Positions 1 through 12,405 of a DNA stretch of 64,000 nucleotides are shown here, in pieces. Origin of the DNA: Escherichia coli (GTDB lineage Bacteria > Pseudomonadota > Gammaproteobacteria > Enterobacterales > Enterobacteriaceae). Position 1 is the first letter of the stretch, and every line of letters starts with the position of its first letter. The stretch lies in NCBI RefSeq assembly GCF_003334305.1, contig NZ_QOWS01000022.1. One strand, given 5' to 3'. The position numbers were made by a program, and so were the translations under genes. Under the pieces are notes generated by a model, which was not told where the DNA came from, did not search any database, and saw only the letters and a program-made list of their open reading frames with translations.

Positions 1-50
1 AACAACGCCGCGCTGTCCAGGGCATCGGCTCTTTTCAGAGGAATTGTTTG

Positions 51-332
51 ATGGCTACCCTCACCACTGGCGTGGTTCTTCTTCGCTGGCAACTTCTTAG
101 TGCCGTAATGATGTTTCTGGCCAGCACACTCAACATCCGTTTTCGTCGGTCTGATTATGTCGGGCTTGCGGTGATCAGCAGCGGTCTGGGCGTTGTTTCC
201 GCCTGTTGGTTCGCAATGGGGTTGCTTGGCATCACAATGGCGGACATCACCGCTATCTGGCACAACATCGAGTCGGTGATGATAGAAGAGATGAATCAGA
301 CACCGCCACAATGGCCAATGATTTTGACCTGA
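51..332 (+). CDS. yjcB: small hydrophobic inner-membrane protein, YjcB-like
   Basis: ORF 48..332 with in-frame Met codons at 48 and 51; hydrophobic ~93 aa product; sits beside ssb as in K-12. Confidence 0.55.
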   Translation: MATLTTGVVLLRWQLLSAVMMFLASTLNIRFRRSDYVGLAVISSGLGVVSACWFAMGLLGITMADITAIWHNIESVMIEEMNQTPPQWPMILT

Positions 333-430
333 TACGTAGAAGCCTCCATAACGGAGGCTTCTTTTTTATGGCTGGCAGATGCTTTAATCATCCACCTTAA
401 AACAATATAACCTATTGTTTTAATGACAAA

Positions 431-967
431 TCAGAACGGAATGTCATCATCAAAGTCCATCGGCGGCTCGTTAGACGGCGCTGCCGGAGCGGACTGCTGC
501 GGGCGAGACTGCGCGCCGCCGCTGAACTGATTGCCACCCTGCGGCTGCTGTGGCTGACCCCAACCGCCCTGCGGCTGACCACCACCGATATTGCCACCTG
601 CCGGAGCGCCACCACCCTGACGACCACCCAGCATCTGCATGGTGCCGCCAACGTTCACCACGACTTCTGTGGTGTAGCGATCCTGACCGGATTGATCGGT
701 CCATTTACGGGTACGCAGCTGACCTTCGATATAAACCTGAGAACCTTTACGCAGATATTCGCTCGCCACTTCTGCCAGTTTGCCGAACAGCACAACGCGG
801 TGCCATTCAGTCTGTTCTTTCATCTCGCCGGTCGCTTTATCACGCCAGGATTCGGAAGTAGCCAGCGTAATGTTGGCAACTGCGCCACCATTTGGCATGT
901 AGCGTACTTCCGGGTCCTGACCCAGATTACCAACGAGAATAACCTTGTTTACGCCTCTGCTGGCCAT
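431..967 (-). CDS. ssb: single-stranded DNA-binding protein
   Basis: Translation from [28 protein letters not shown] with Gly/Gln-rich tail ending [11 protein letters not shown] track over-extended 21 codons upstream; 178 aa from ATG at 967. Confidence 0.95.
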   Translation of the reverse strand: MASRGVNKVILVGNLGQDPEVRYMPNGGAVANITLATSESWRDKATGEMKEQTEWHRVVLFGKLAEVASEYLRKGSQVYIEGQLRTRKWTDQSGQDRYTTEVVVNVGGTMQMLGGRQGGGAPAGGNIGGGQPQGGWGQPQQPQGGNQFSGGAQSRPQQSAPAAPSNEPPMDFDDDIPF

Positions 968-1117
968 GTTCGTGTCTCCTGAAAAAAATCGTTCTGAATA
1001 AGTGTAAACGCGCGATTGTACCATTACCAATAGCGCTTTTACTATGTTGTGACCTCGGTTCCGGGAAACAAACCTGGCCAGACATTGTTACACAACACTC
1101 CGGGTAATGCATTCCAA

Positions 1118-1137
1118 TACTGTATATTCATTCAGGT
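1118..1137. promoter_or_regulatory. LexA (SOS) box in divergent ssb-uvrA promoter region
   Basis: TACTGTATATTCATTCAGGT matches CTGT-N8-ACAG LexA operator consensus, about 85 bp upstream of uvrA start. Confidence 0.85.
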
Positions 1138-1220
1138 CAATTTGTGTCATAATTAACCGTTTGTGATCGCCGGTAGCACCATGCCACCGGGCAAAAAAGC
1201 GTTTAATCCGGGAAAGGTGA

Positions 1221-4043
1221 ATGGATAAGATCGAAGTTCGGGGCGCCCGCACCCATAATCTCAAAAACATCAACCTCGTTATCCCCCGCGACAAGCTCAT
1301 TGTCGTGACCGGGCTTTCGGGTTCTGGCAAATCCTCGCTCGCTTTCGACACCTTATATGCCGAAGGGCAGCGCCGTTACGTTGAATCCCTTTCCGCCTAC
1401 GCGCGGCAGTTTCTGTCACTGATGGAAAAGCCGGACGTCGATCATATTGAGGGGCTTTCTCCTGCCATCTCAATTGAGCAGAAATCGACGTCTCATAACC
1501 CGCGTTCTACGGTGGGGACAATCACCGAAATCCACGACTATTTGCGTTTGTTGTTCGCCCGCGTCGGCGAACCGCGCTGTCCGGACCACGACGTCCCGCT
1601 GGCGGCGCAAACCGTCAGCCAGATGGTGGATAACGTGCTGTCGCAGCCGGAAGGCAAGCGTCTGATGCTGCTCGCGCCAATCATTAAAGAGCGCAAAGGC
1701 GAACACACCAAAACGCTGGAGAACCTGGCAAGCCAGGGTTACATCCGTGCTCGTATTGATGGCGAAGTCTGCGATCTTTCCGATCCGCCGAAACTGGAAC
1801 TGCAAAAGAAACACACTATTGAAGTGGTGGTTGATCGCTTCAAGGTGCGTGACGATCTTACCCAACGTCTTGCGGAGTCGTTTGAAACCGCGCTGGAGCT
1901 TTCCGGTGGTACAGCGGTAGTGGCGGATATGGACGACCCGAAAGCGGAAGAGCTGCTGTTCTCCGCCAACTTCGCCTGCCCAATTTGCGGCTACAGTATG
2001 CGTGAACTGGAGCCGCGACTGTTTTCGTTTAACAACCCGGCAGGTGCCTGCCCGACCTGTGACGGCCTTGGCGTACAGCAATATTTCGATCCTGACCGCG
2101 TGATCCAAAACCCCGAGCTGTCACTGGCTGGCGGTGCGATCCGTGGCTGGGATCGCCGCAACTTCTATTATTTCCAGATGCTGAAATCGCTGGCAGATCA
2201 CTATAAGTTCGACGTCGAAGCGCCGTGGGGCAGCCTGAGCGCGAACGTGCATAAAGTGGTGTTGTACGGTTCTGGCAAAGAAAACATTGAATTCAAATAC
2301 ATGAACGATCGTGGCGATACCTCCATCCGTCGTCATCCGTTCGAAGGCGTGCTGCACAATATGGAGCGCCGTTATAAAGAGACAGAATCCAGTGCGGTAC
2401 GTGAAGAATTAGCCAAGTTTATCAGCAATCGCCCATGCGCCAGCTGCGAAGGGACGCGTCTGCGTCGGGAAGCGCGCCACGTTTATGTCGAGAATACGCC
2501 GCTGCCTGCTATCTCCGACATGAGCATCGGTCATGCGATGGAATTCTTCAACAATCTCAAACTCGCTGGTCAACGGGCGAAGATTGCAGAAAAAATCCTT
2601 AAAGAGATCGGCGATCGTCTGAAATTCCTCGTTAACGTCGGCCTGAATTACCTGACACTTTCCCGCTCGGCAGAAACACTTTCCGGCGGTGAAGCCCAGC
2701 GTATCCGTCTGGCGAGCCAGATTGGTGCGGGCCTGGTTGGCGTTATGTATGTACTGGACGAGCCGTCTATCGGCCTGCACCAGCGCGATAACGAGCGCCT
2801 GTTGGGTACGCTTATCCATCTGCGCGATCTCGGTAATACCGTGATTGTGGTGGAGCATGACGAAGACGCAATTCGCGCCGCTGACCATGTGATCGATATC
2901 GGTCCTGGTGCGGGTGTTCACGGCGGTGAAGTGGTCGCAGAAGGTCCGCTGGAAGCGATTATGGCAGTGCCTGAATCGTTGACCGGGCAGTACATGAGCG
3001 GTAAACGCAAGATTGAAGTGCCGAAGAAACGCGTTCCGGCGAATCCAGAAAAAGTGCTGAAGCTGACAGGTGCACGCGGCAACAACCTGAAGGACGTGAC
3101 GCTCACGCTGCCAGTCGGTCTGTTTACCTGCATCACAGGGGTTTCAGGTTCCGGTAAATCGACGCTGATTAACGACACACTGTTCCCGATTGCCCAACGC
3201 CAGTTGAATGGTGCGACCATCGCCGAACCGGCACCGTATCGCGATATTCAGGGGCTGGAGCATTTCGATAAAGTGATCGATATCGACCAAAGCCCAATTG
3301 GTCGTACTCCACGTTCTAACCCGGCGACCTATACCGGCGTGTTTACACCTGTGCGCGAACTGTTTGCGGGCGTACCGGAATCCCGTGCGCGTGGTTATAC
3401 GCCAGGACGTTTCAGCTTTAACGTCCGTGGCGGGCGCTGCGAAGCCTGTCAGGGCGACGGTGTGATCAAAGTGGAGATGCACTTCCTGCCGGATATCTAC
3501 GTGCCGTGCGATCAGTGCAAAGGTAAACGCTATAACCGTGAAACGCTGGAAATTAAGTACAAAGGCAAAACCATCCACGAAGTGCTGGATATGACCATCG
3601 AAGAGGCGCGTGAGTTCTTTGATGCGGTGCCAGCTCTGGCGCGTAAGCTGCAAACGTTGATGGACGTTGGTCTGACGTACATTCGCCTGGGGCAGTCCGC
3701 AACCACACTTTCTGGTGGTGAAGCCCAGCGCGTGAAGCTGGCGCGTGAGCTGTCAAAACGCGGCACCGGGCAGACGCTGTATATTCTCGACGAGCCGACC
3801 ACCGGTCTGCACTTCGCCGATATTCAGCAACTCCTCGACGTGCTGCATAAACTGCGCGATCAGGGCAATACCATTGTGGTGATTGAGCACAATCTCGACG
3901 TGATCAAAACCGCTGACTGGATTGTCGACCTGGGACCAGAAGGCGGCAGTGGCGGCGGCGAAATCCTCGTCTCCGGTACGCCAGAAACCGTCGCGGAGTG
4001 CGAAGCTTCGCATACGGCACGCTTCCTCAAGCCGATGCTGTAA
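1221..4043 (+). CDS. uvrA: excinuclease ABC subunit A
   Basis: 940 aa ORF; two ABC ATPase modules (GLSGSGKSS and GVSGSGKST Walker A) and zinc-finger Cys clusters; N-terminus [17 protein letters not shown]. Confidence 0.97.
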   Translation: MDKIEVRGARTHNLKNINLVIPRDKLIVVTGLSGSGKSSLAFDTLYAEGQRRYVESLSAYARQFLSLMEKPDVDHIEGLSPAISIEQKSTSHNPRSTVGTITEIHDYLRLLFARVGEPRCPDHDVPLAAQTVSQMVDNVLSQPEGKRLMLLAPIIKERKGEHTKTLENLASQGYIRARIDGEVCDLSDPPKLELQKKHTIEVVVDRFKVRDDLTQRLAESFETALELSGGTAVVADMDDPKAEELLFSANFACPICGYSMRELEPRLFSFNNPAGACPTCDGLGVQQYFDPDRVIQNPELSLAGGAIRGWDRRNFYYFQMLKSLADHYKFDVEAPWGSLSANVHKVVLYGSGKENIEFKYMNDRGDTSIRRHPFEGVLHNMERRYKETESSAVREELAKFISNRPCASCEGTRLRREARHVYVENTPLPAISDMSIGHAMEFFNNLKLAGQRAKIAEKILKEIGDRLKFLVNVGLNYLTLSRSAETLSGGEAQRIRLASQIGAGLVGVMYVLDEPSIGLHQRDNERLLGTLIHLRDLGNTVIVVEHDEDAIRAADHVIDIGPGAGVHGGEVVAEGPLEAIMAVPESLTGQYMSGKRKIEVPKKRVPANPEKVLKLTGARGNNLKDVTLTLPVGLFTCITGVSGSGKSTLINDTLFPIAQRQLNGATIAEPAPYRDIQGLEHFDKVIDIDQSPIGRTPRSNPATYTGVFTPVRELFAGVPESRARGYTPGRFSFNVRGGRCEACQGDGVIKVEMHFLPDIYVPCDQCKGKRYNRETLEIKYKGKTIHEVLDMTIEEAREFFDAVPALARKLQTLMDVGLTYIRLGQSATTLSGGEAQRVKLARELSKRGTGQTLYILDEPTTGLHFADIQQLLDVLHKLRDQGNTIVVIEHNLDVIKTADWIVDLGPEGGSGGGEILVSGTPETVAECEASHTARFLKPML

Positions 4044-4077
4044 TCGTTAAGGCCGCTTTCTGAGCGGCCTTTTCCTT

Positions 4078-4434
4078 TCAGAGTTGTACCAGCAATTTAC
4101 GCTTTTCTTCCGGTAGTAAATTCACTGCCTGCTGATAAGACGCATCCACCAGATAATAGATTTGCGAATCCGGCAGCGAACCGTCGAGATACACGGTGCT
4201 CCAGTGCGCTTTATTCAGATGGCGGCTAGGACGCACATCGCTGTGCTGCTGACGTAGCAGCTCCGCCAGCTCCGGGCTGGTTTTCAGCGAAACAGCTGGG
4301 CGATTTTCTACTTCTTTCACCATCGCAAACAGTACATCTTCCACTTTGATCTGCGTCGCTTTCCAGTCGTTATGCACGCTCTGTTCTGCGCCTGGTTTTG
4401 CCATGCAATATTGTAGCAACTCCGAAATGGTCAT
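4078..4434 (-). CDS. yjbR: conserved uncharacterised protein YjbR
   Basis: 118 aa ORF, recognised as YjbR by sequence recall and position downstream of uvrA. Confidence 0.8.
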   Translation of the reverse strand: MTISELLQYCMAKPGAEQSVHNDWKATQIKVEDVLFAMVKEVENRPAVSLKTSPELAELLRQQHSDVRPSRHLNKAHWSTVYLDGSLPDSQIYYLVDASYQQAVNLLPEEKRKLLVQL

Positions 4435-4437
4435 TTT

Positions 4438-4854
4438 TTACTCCCCTTGTAGTGTCGCGATGATGCGACGCGATCCACCGTGGATGCGATGTTCCCCCAG
4501 CCAGATGCCTTGCCAGGTGCCGGTCTGAATACGCCCTTTATGTAACGGCAATACAAGCGATGTTCCCAGCATTGAGGATTTGATATGAGAAGGCATATCG
4601 TCTGCTCCCTCATAGTCATGCTCATAATTTCCGTTGTCGGGAACGGTGCGGAGGAAAAAACGCTCCATGTCGTGGCGTACGGTGGGATCGCAGTTCTCAT
4701 TAAGTGTCAGAGAGGCGGAGGTATGTTGCAGCAACAGATGCAGTAAGCCGATGTTAACGCGCGGCATATCAGCCAGCTGATTCAGAATTTCATCCGTTAC
4801 CAGATGAAACCCACGAGATTTGGCGCTAAGCGTGAGCGTCTTTTGATACCACAT
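4438..4854 (-). CDS. yjbQ: UPF0047 family protein YjbQ
   Basis: 138 aa ORF, 3 bp spacing to yjbR suggests an operon; recognised by sequence recall. Confidence 0.8.
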   Translation of the reverse strand: MWYQKTLTLSAKSRGFHLVTDEILNQLADMPRVNIGLLHLLLQHTSASLTLNENCDPTVRHDMERFFLRTVPDNGNYEHDYEGADDMPSHIKSSMLGTSLVLPLHKGRIQTGTWQGIWLGEHRIHGGSRRIIATLQGE

Positions 4855-4964
4855 GTGCTGCTCCTTGATAAAACTCTCTTAATCAGTTTGCAGCAAGACA
4901 GCGAAAGGATAAAGGTGTGATTAAAAAAACAGCATTCGGGAGAGTGTCACGCTCTCCCGCTCTG

Positions 4965-5957
<993 letters not shown>

Positions 5958-6040
5958 TTAATGAACTTAATGATACAGCATTACAAAAACAATCGAAGTT
6001 TATAAAGATGATTCCTGATTGACCAGAACCCTATCCTACA

Positions 6041-6466
6041 ATGGTGACTAATTTTATTACTCCCGATGGAGATGATGATATGAATATATCATATGTGAAT
6101 AGCAACAAAACGACATCTTTACCTGTTGAGCTAGATGCACTAAATAATAAAGATACCTCTTATGCCAAAGATTTTTCTTATGCTAAAGATTTCTTTTTAT
6201 ACATAGAAACACAGTTAAAAATTGCAAAAGATTTTTGTAGACCTGGAGAAGAAGTATCAAGTTCTATTGCAAGTAAAGTTTTTCACGCATTTATTGATTT
6301 AGTTAACAAAATCAGGGGTAAGAAAGACTTTATGTATATTTGCACGCTTTGCTGTTTTGCCGAGGAGGTTAAAGGTGATTATTCTCATTACAGGACCTTT
6401 TTATTTGATATTGGTAATCAATATAAGGTTAAACTTACACAAAGCGGAAAAAATAGCTCTCTTTAA
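6041..6466 (+). CDS. hypothetical protein in AT-rich aphA-tyrB spacer
   Basis: 141 aa ORF in strongly AT-rich DNA; contains tandem SYAKDF-SYAKDF repeat; no recognisable domain; may be non-coding. Confidence 0.3.
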   Translation: MVTNFITPDGDDDMNISYVNSNKTTSLPVELDALNNKDTSYAKDFSYAKDFFLYIETQLKIAKDFCRPGEEVSSSIASKVFHAFIDLVNKIRGKKDFMYICTLCCFAEEVKGDYSHYRTFLFDIGNQYKVKLTQSGKNSSL

Positions 6467-6804
6467 CATTAGAATTTAACGATACTATAATTGAATCTCA
6501 GAAAGTCACAGGTAATAAGGCAAAGCATATTCTTGAGGATATAGAAATATTCTATCGTAACAAACCCGATACTTATTATTAAATTTAATAATGGTTAGAT
6601 GTGCAGAAATTATTACTCCACACGAAAAAATAGGGAAAGGAATTCCAGATAATTGGGATAAACTTAACAATAAAAGAACTGACAACGTTTTATTATCTCT
6701 CACGTAGAACAACGGCATCAAAAAAATCATCTACAAAGAAATAGTGAAAGCGACGACAGTTTAATTTCACTGCAGGCTGGGTAACTCCAGCCTGCTTTCC
6801 TGCA

Positions 6805-7998
6805 TTACATCACCGCAGCAAACGCCTTTGCCACACGTTGTACATTTGCCGTATTTAACCCGGCGACACACATGCGACCGCTGGCGATGAGATAGACACC
6901 AAATTCTTCACGTAGTCGGTCAACCTGAGCGGCACTTAAACCGGTATAACTGAACATGCCGCGCTGATTAAGCAGATAATCGAAATTGCGTTCTGGCATC
7001 TCTGTGCTTAATACCTTCACCAATTCCTGACGCATTGCCAGAATGCGAGTACGCATCTCTTCTACTTCCGCCAGCCAGTTGGCTTTCAATGCCTCGTCAT
7101 TCAGCACTGCAGCCACCACCTGCGCACCAAAATTCGGCGGGCTGGAGTAGTTGCGGCGAACTGTTGCTTTCAATTGCCCCAGTACGCGGCCAGCGGCTTC
7201 GGCATCTTCACACATAACAGAAAGTCCGCCGACGCGCTCGCCGTAAAGGGAGAAAATTTTCGAGAACGAATTGCTCACCAGAGCGGGTAATCCAGCGCTG
7301 GCAATGGCGCGAATAGCGTAGGCATCCTCTTCCATACCGGCACCAAATCCTTGATAGGCAATATCGAGGAATGGAATAAGCTCGCGGGCTTTGAGAATTT
7401 CAATCACCGCATCCCACTGATCATTAGTGAGATCGGCACCCGTTGGGTTGTGGCAACATGGATGCAGCAACACAATACTGCGGGCAGGTAATGTTTTCAG
7501 CGTCGCCAACAGGTCATTAAAGCGCACGCCGTTAGTCGCTTCGTCATACCAGGGGTAAGTACTCACTTCGAATCCAGCCCCGGCGAATATTGCTACGTGG
7601 TTTTCCCAGGTAGGATCGCTGACCCAGACGCCTGATTCCGGGAAGTAGCGTTTCAGGAAATCCGCGCCCACTTTCAATGCCCCGGAGCCGCCAAGGGTTT
7701 GAATGGTTGCTACGCGCTGTTGTTTCAGTACCGGATGGTCCGCACCAAACAGCAGCGGCGCAATGGCATGGCGATAGCTGTTAAGCCCTTCCATCGGTAA
7801 ATAAAGCGAAGCGCCATGAGGCTGCGCATTCAGGCGCGCTTCCGCCTCCGCCACGGCTTGCAGTTGTGGAATAATTCCGTCTTCGTTGTAGTACAGACCG
7901 ATACTTAAATTCACTTTGTCGCTGCGAGGGTCTTCTTTAAAACGCTCCATAAGCGTAAGAATCGGGTCGCCAGCGTAGGCGTCAACTTTTTGAAACAC
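6805..7998 (-). CDS. tyrB: aromatic amino acid aminotransferase
   Basis: 397 aa from GTG at 7998 ([20 protein letters not shown]...); class I aminotransferase with [19 protein letters not shown]-lysine region. Confidence 0.93.
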   Translation of the reverse strand: MFQKVDAYAGDPILTLMERFKEDPRSDKVNLSIGLYYNEDGIIPQLQAVAEAEARLNAQPHGASLYLPMEGLNSYRHAIAPLLFGADHPVLKQQRVATIQTLGGSGALKVGADFLKRYFPESGVWVSDPTWENHVAIFAGAGFEVSTYPWYDEATNGVRFNDLLATLKTLPARSIVLLHPCCHNPTGADLTNDQWDAVIEILKARELIPFLDIAYQGFGAGMEEDAYAIRAIASAGLPALVSNSFSKIFSLYGERVGGLSVMCEDAEAAGRVLGQLKATVRRNYSSPPNFGAQVVAAVLNDEALKANWLAEVEEMRTRILAMRQELVKVLSTEMPERNFDYLLNQRGMFSYTGLSAAQVDRLREEFGVYLIASGRMCVAGLNTANVQRVAKAFAAVM

Positions 7999-8193
7999 GC
8001 GATGGTTCTCCAGGTTTACGGGCAGGTGGTTAAAACACAATAAACCGGAAGAAGGCGAAGATCGAGTGGATGTTCAGGAGCGAACGGCAATTAGCAACAG
8101 AGTGAGACTCATGACAAACGTACATCCGCCAGAGGCACGACCTTTATAAGAGCATGAAAGAACATCAACTTATTGAATTTTTAGGATTTTATT

Positions 8194-8226
8194 GGCCGGA
8201 TAAGGCATTCACGCCGCATCCGGCAC
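8194..8226. repeat. REP element (repetitive extragenic palindrome)
   Basis: GGCCGGATAAGGCATTCACGCCGCATCCGGCAC, canonical REP palindrome between tyrB and alr. Confidence 0.8.
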
Positions 8227-8250
8227 AGACAATCAAATATTACAGAACGA

Positions 8251-9330
8251 TTAATCCACGTATTTCATCGCGACCCTTGAAGTCAGGCGCGTAATAAGTT
8301 CGTAAGCGCTTACTTTCGTCATTTCAGCGATACGTTCTACGGGCAAACCTTCGCCCCATAAAATGACCGGATCCCCGGCTTTGTCCTGCGCCTGTGGACC
8401 TAAGTCTACGCAGATCATATCCATCGCCACGCGCCCGACAATCGGTACTTCGCGACCGTTCACCAGCACTGGCGTACCGGACGGCGCGGCGCGCGGATAA
8501 CCATCGCCATAGCCCATCGCGACTACGCCAAGACGGGTATCACGTTCGCTTACCCAGGTTCCACCATAACCAACAGGTTCTCCGGCTTTATGCTCACGCA
8601 CGGCAATCAGGCTGGAGGTTAGTGACATCACTGGCTGACAGCCAAAATCGGCACCGGTGGAGCGATCTTCCAGCGGCGAGACGCCATAAAGAATGATGCC
8701 CGGGCGCACCCAGTCAAAATGCGACTGTGGCCACAGCAGAATGCCACCCGATGCGGCAATGGAACGTTGACCAGGTTTGCCTTCGCAAAAGGTATTAAAG
8801 ATAGCGAGTTGTTTCTCGGTTGCGCCACATTTTGGTTCATCCGCGCGCGCAAAATGGCTGACGATATTCACCGGCTGACGAACGTTTTTGCACTGGGTCA
8901 GGCGATGATAAAACGCCTCAGCCTGTTCCGGCCTTACGCCCAGACGGTGCATACCGGTATCGAGTTTCATCCAGACGGTAACCGGCTCGTCCAGGCTAGC
9001 CTCTTCCAGCGCAGCCAGCTGTTCTTCGTTATGCACGGCGGTATGAAAATGTTGCGCAGAAATCGTCGGCAGATCTCTGGCATCAAAAAAGCCTTCGAGT
9101 AACAGTACAGGTTTGGTGATTCCCCCCGCACGCAGTCGCAGAGCTTCTTCGAGACGGGCTACGCCAAAGGCGTCAGCATCGGGGAGCGTTCGCGCGGTCT
9201 CAAGAAGACCGTGACCATAAGCGTTCGCTTTCACCACCGCAACCATTTTACTGGCAGGGGCCAGTTCACGAAGACGTTGCAGGTTGTGTCGCAGAGCGCG
9301 GCGGTTAATCACAACAGTTGCCGCTTGCAT
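8251..9330 (-). CDS. alr: alanine racemase, biosynthetic
   Basis: 359 aa; N-terminal PLP-lysine motif [10 protein letters not shown]. Confidence 0.95.
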
Positions 9331-9382
9331 TTGTGTTCCTTGATAAGTGTTTGCTTTAATTACCTAATTCATAAAATAATTA

Positions 9383-10798
9383 TTATTCGTCGTCGTACTG
9401 CGGCCCCGCATAGTTGTCGAAGCGCGACCATTGACCGTTAAAGGTCAGGCGTACCGTCCCGATTGGGCCGTTACGTTGTTTACCGATAATAATTTCCGCG
9501 ATGCCTTTTAAATCACTGTTTTCGTGATACACCTCATCACGATAGATAAACATGATCAAGTCCGCATCCTGCTCGATAGAGCCAGATTCACGCAGGTCGG
9601 AGTTGACCGGGCGTTTGTCGGCACGTTGTTCCAGAGAACGGTTCAACTGGGACAGCGCCACCACCGGCACGTTCAGTTCTTTCGCCAGTGCTTTCAGCGA
9701 GCGAGAGATTTCTGCAATTTCCAGCGTACGGTTATCGGAAAGCGCCGGTACGCGCATCAGTTGCAGGTAGTCGATCATGATAAGCCCGATGCCGCCGTGT
9801 TCACGGGCAATACGGCGTGCGCGGGAACGCACTTCCGTTGGCGTCAGGCCGGAGGAGTCATCGATATAGATATTGCGTTTTTCGAGCAAAATACCCATGG
9901 TGCCGGAAATGCGCGCCCAGTCTTCATCATCGAGCTGCCCGGTACGGATTTTAGTCTGGTCAACGCGCGACAGCGACGCCAGAGAACGCATCATAATCTG
10001 TTCTGAAGGCATCTCCAGCGAGAAGATAAGTACTGGTTTATCCTGCAACATCGCCGCGTTTTCGACGAGGTTCATCGCAAATGTTGTTTTACCCATCGAC
10101 GGACGCGCGGCGACGATGATCAAATCCGACGGCTGCAAGCCAGCGGTTTTTTTGTTGAGATCGTCATAACCGGTGTTTACTCCGGTAACGCCATCGTGTG
10201 GCTGCTGAAACAACTGCTCAATACGCGCCACGGTTGCGTCGAGCACATCGGCGATGTTCTTCGGCCCTTCGTCTTTGTTTGCACGACTTTCAGCAATTTT
10301 AAAGACGCGGGATTCAGCAAGGTCCAGCAGATCTTCGCTGGTGCGCCCCTGCGGATCAAAACCGGCTTCAGCAATCTCATTCGCAACCGAAATCATCTCA
10401 CGGACAACGGCACGTTCACGCACGATGTCCGCATAGGCACTGATGTTCGCCGCACTTGGCGTATTTTTTGACAGCTCTGCCAGATAAGCAAAACCACCGA
10501 CGCTATCGAGTTGCCCCTGGCGTTCCAGCGATTCCGCAAGGGTAATCAGATCGATAGGACTACCGCTTTCCTGCAAACGCGCCATTTCAGTAAAGATATG
10601 GCGGTGTGGGCGGGTGTAAAAATCGTCTGCCACCACACGCTCGGCTACATCGTCCCAGCGTTCGTTATCCAGCATTAAACCGCCCAACACCGACTGCTCC
10701 GCTTCGATCGAGTGCGGAGGCACTTTCAGCCCGGCAACTTGTGGATCGCGTTCGCGGGGTTCAGCCTGCTGTTTGTTGAAGGGTTTATTTCCTGCCAT
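9383..10798 (-). CDS. dnaB: replicative DNA helicase
   Basis: 471 aa; Walker A AARPSMGKTTFAMN, DnaB N- and C-terminal domains. Confidence 0.97.
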   Translation of the reverse strand: MAGNKPFNKQQAEPRERDPQVAGLKVPPHSIEAEQSVLGGLMLDNERWDDVAERVVADDFYTRPHRHIFTEMARLQESGSPIDLITLAESLERQGQLDSVGGFAYLAELSKNTPSAANISAYADIVRERAVVREMISVANEIAEAGFDPQGRTSEDLLDLAESRVFKIAESRANKDEGPKNIADVLDATVARIEQLFQQPHDGVTGVNTGYDDLNKKTAGLQPSDLIIVAARPSMGKTTFAMNLVENAAMLQDKPVLIFSLEMPSEQIMMRSLASLSRVDQTKIRTGQLDDEDWARISGTMGILLEKRNIYIDDSSGLTPTEVRSRARRIAREHGGIGLIMIDYLQLMRVPALSDNRTLEIAEISRSLKALAKELNVPVVALSQLNRSLEQRADKRPVNSDLRESGSIEQDADLIMFIYRDEVYHENSDLKGIAEIIIGKQRNGPIGTVRLTFNGQWSRFDNYAGPQYDDE

Positions 10799-10880
10799 AG
10801 TGAATGGAGTTACCGAGATAAAGAATGGGTCGAAACTTTACCATATGAAGCAGACCCTGACGATACGTTCTGGAGGACAC

Positions 10881-11864
10881 ATGGCAACACGAATTGAATT
10901 TCACAAGCACGGTGGCCCGGAAGTACTTCAAGCCGTAGAGTTCACTCCTGCCGATCCGGCAGAGAATGAAATCCAGGTCGAAAATAAAGCCATCGGCATC
11001 AATTTTATCGACACGTATATCCGCAGCGGCCTTTACCCGCCGCCATCACTACCCAGCGGATTAGGTACCGAAGCGGCAGGCATCGTGAGTAAAGTCGGCA
11101 GTGGTGTAAAGCATATTAAGGCAGGCGATCGTGTAGTCTATGCGCAGTCGGCGTTAGGCGCTTACAGCTCTGTGCATAACATTAATGCGGATAAAGCGGC
11201 GATTCTGCCTGCGGCAATTTCTTTTGAACAAGCTGCAGCATCTTTCCTGAAAGGCTTAACGGTTTATTATCTGCTGCGCAAAACCTATGAAATTAAACCC
11301 GATGAACAGTTCCTGTTCCACGCAGCGGCTGGCGGCGTTGGCTTAATTGCCTGCCAGTGGGCAAAAGCCCTGGGCGCGAAACTTATCGGCACCGTAGGAA
11401 CCGCGCAAAAAGCGCAGAGCGCGCTAAAAGCCGGCGCGTGGCAGGTTATTAACTATCGTGAAGAGAATCTGGTCGAGCGATTGAAAGAGATCACCGGCTG
11501 TAAGAAAGTGCGCGTAGTGTACGATTCCGTGGGCAGAGACACCTGGGAACGGTCGCTGGATTGCCTGCAACGCCGCGGCTTAATGGTCAGTTTTGGCAAC
11601 TCATCAGGTGCGGTTACCGGTGTGAACTTAGGCATTCTCAATCAAAAAGGCTCGTTGTATGTGACACGCCCTTCCCTGCAAGGCTATATCACCACGCGGG
11701 AGGAATTAACCGAGGCCAGTAATGAACTGTTCTCTTTGATTGCCAGCGGTGTGATTAAGGTCGATGTCGCCGAGCAGCAGAAATATCCGCTGAAGGATGC
11801 GCAGCGTGCGCATGAGATTCTGGAAAGCCGGGCGACGCAAGGTTCCAGCCTGCTGATTCCATAA
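10881..11864 (+). CDS. qor: NADPH:quinone oxidoreductase (zeta-crystallin family)
   Basis: 327 aa from ATG at 10881 (MATRIEFHKHGGPEVLQ) preceded by GGAGGA; Rossmann motif AAAGGVG; ORF track over-extended 36 codons. Confidence 0.93.
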   Translation: MATRIEFHKHGGPEVLQAVEFTPADPAENEIQVENKAIGINFIDTYIRSGLYPPPSLPSGLGTEAAGIVSKVGSGVKHIKAGDRVVYAQSALGAYSSVHNINADKAAILPAAISFEQAAASFLKGLTVYYLLRKTYEIKPDEQFLFHAAAGGVGLIACQWAKALGAKLIGTVGTAQKAQSALKAGAWQVINYREENLVERLKEITGCKKVRVVYDSVGRDTWERSLDCLQRRGLMVSFGNSSGAVTGVNLGILNQKGSLYVTRPSLQGYITTREELTEASNELFSLIASGVIKVDVAEQQKYPLKDAQRAHEILESRATQGSSLLIP

Positions 11865-11870
11865 AAGAAA

Positions 11871-11903
11871 TAGGGCTTCCACCTGGGAAGCCCTTTCTTT
11901 TTA
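11871..11903 (+). terminator. rho-independent terminator downstream of qor
   Basis: 8-bp GC-rich stem GGGCTTCC/GGAAGCCC followed by TTTCTTTTT. Confidence 0.75.
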
Positions 11904-12029
11904 TAGTTCGGCTGTATGTAGGGTACAGCACGATGAATCTGTTAGAGGCGCAATAGTGACAGATTTGATTATCAATTCCTATTTTGTTCTAAGGATAAAA
12001 CCTTAGGTTGTGATCATCCGCACAATCCC

Positions 12030-12272
12030 TTAGTAACGCCAGCGGTCATAACGCTGATATTTCGGCACTTTTGGTGCTTTAATCGCCTTAATAACCCACA
12101 CCACCGCAATCGCCAGTAGTAACCACGGCAGCAACTTAATCATCAATGCCAGCATACCGCCGAGGAACATAATGGCCGTCGCCACAACCAGCGCGGCGAT
12201 AATGCCCAGCAACGAAACGCCGGTGACCATCAGCATGACAAAAAAGCCAAACACAAAAAGTAGTTCCAGCAT
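12030..12272 (-). CDS. pspG: phage shock protein G
   Basis: 80 aa from ATG at 12272 (MLELLFVFGFFVMLMVTGVSLLG...), two TM helices; ORF track over-extended into dusA. Confidence 0.85.
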   Translation of the reverse strand: MLELLFVFGFFVMLMVTGVSLLGIIAALVVATAIMFLGGMLALMIKLLPWLLLAIAVVWVIKAIKAPKVPKYQRYDRWRY

Positions 12273-12305
12273 GATGCTCTCCCAAATATGAAATCTCTTG
12301 CTGGC

Positions 12306-12324
12306 ATTACAAGAATCATGCCAA
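12306..12324 (-). promoter_or_regulatory. candidate sigma54 (-24/-12) promoter of pspG
   Basis: Minus-strand TTGGCATGATTCTTGTAAT (TGGCAT-N5-TTGTA) about 35 bp upstream of pspG start; pspG is known to be sigma54/PspF dependent. Confidence 0.5.
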
Positions 12325-12405
12325 AAATAATCTATTGATTTAACAGCAAAACGCCCCGCGACGGTGCGCAGGGCGTGGTGAATTTGACTACTTTTTGGTG
12401 AAAAG

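Noticed and set aside
1470-2108. 212 aa minus-strand ORF inside uvrA
   Set aside because: Entirely antisense to the well-supported uvrA coding sequence; no RBS or domain; typical GC-rich antisense artefact
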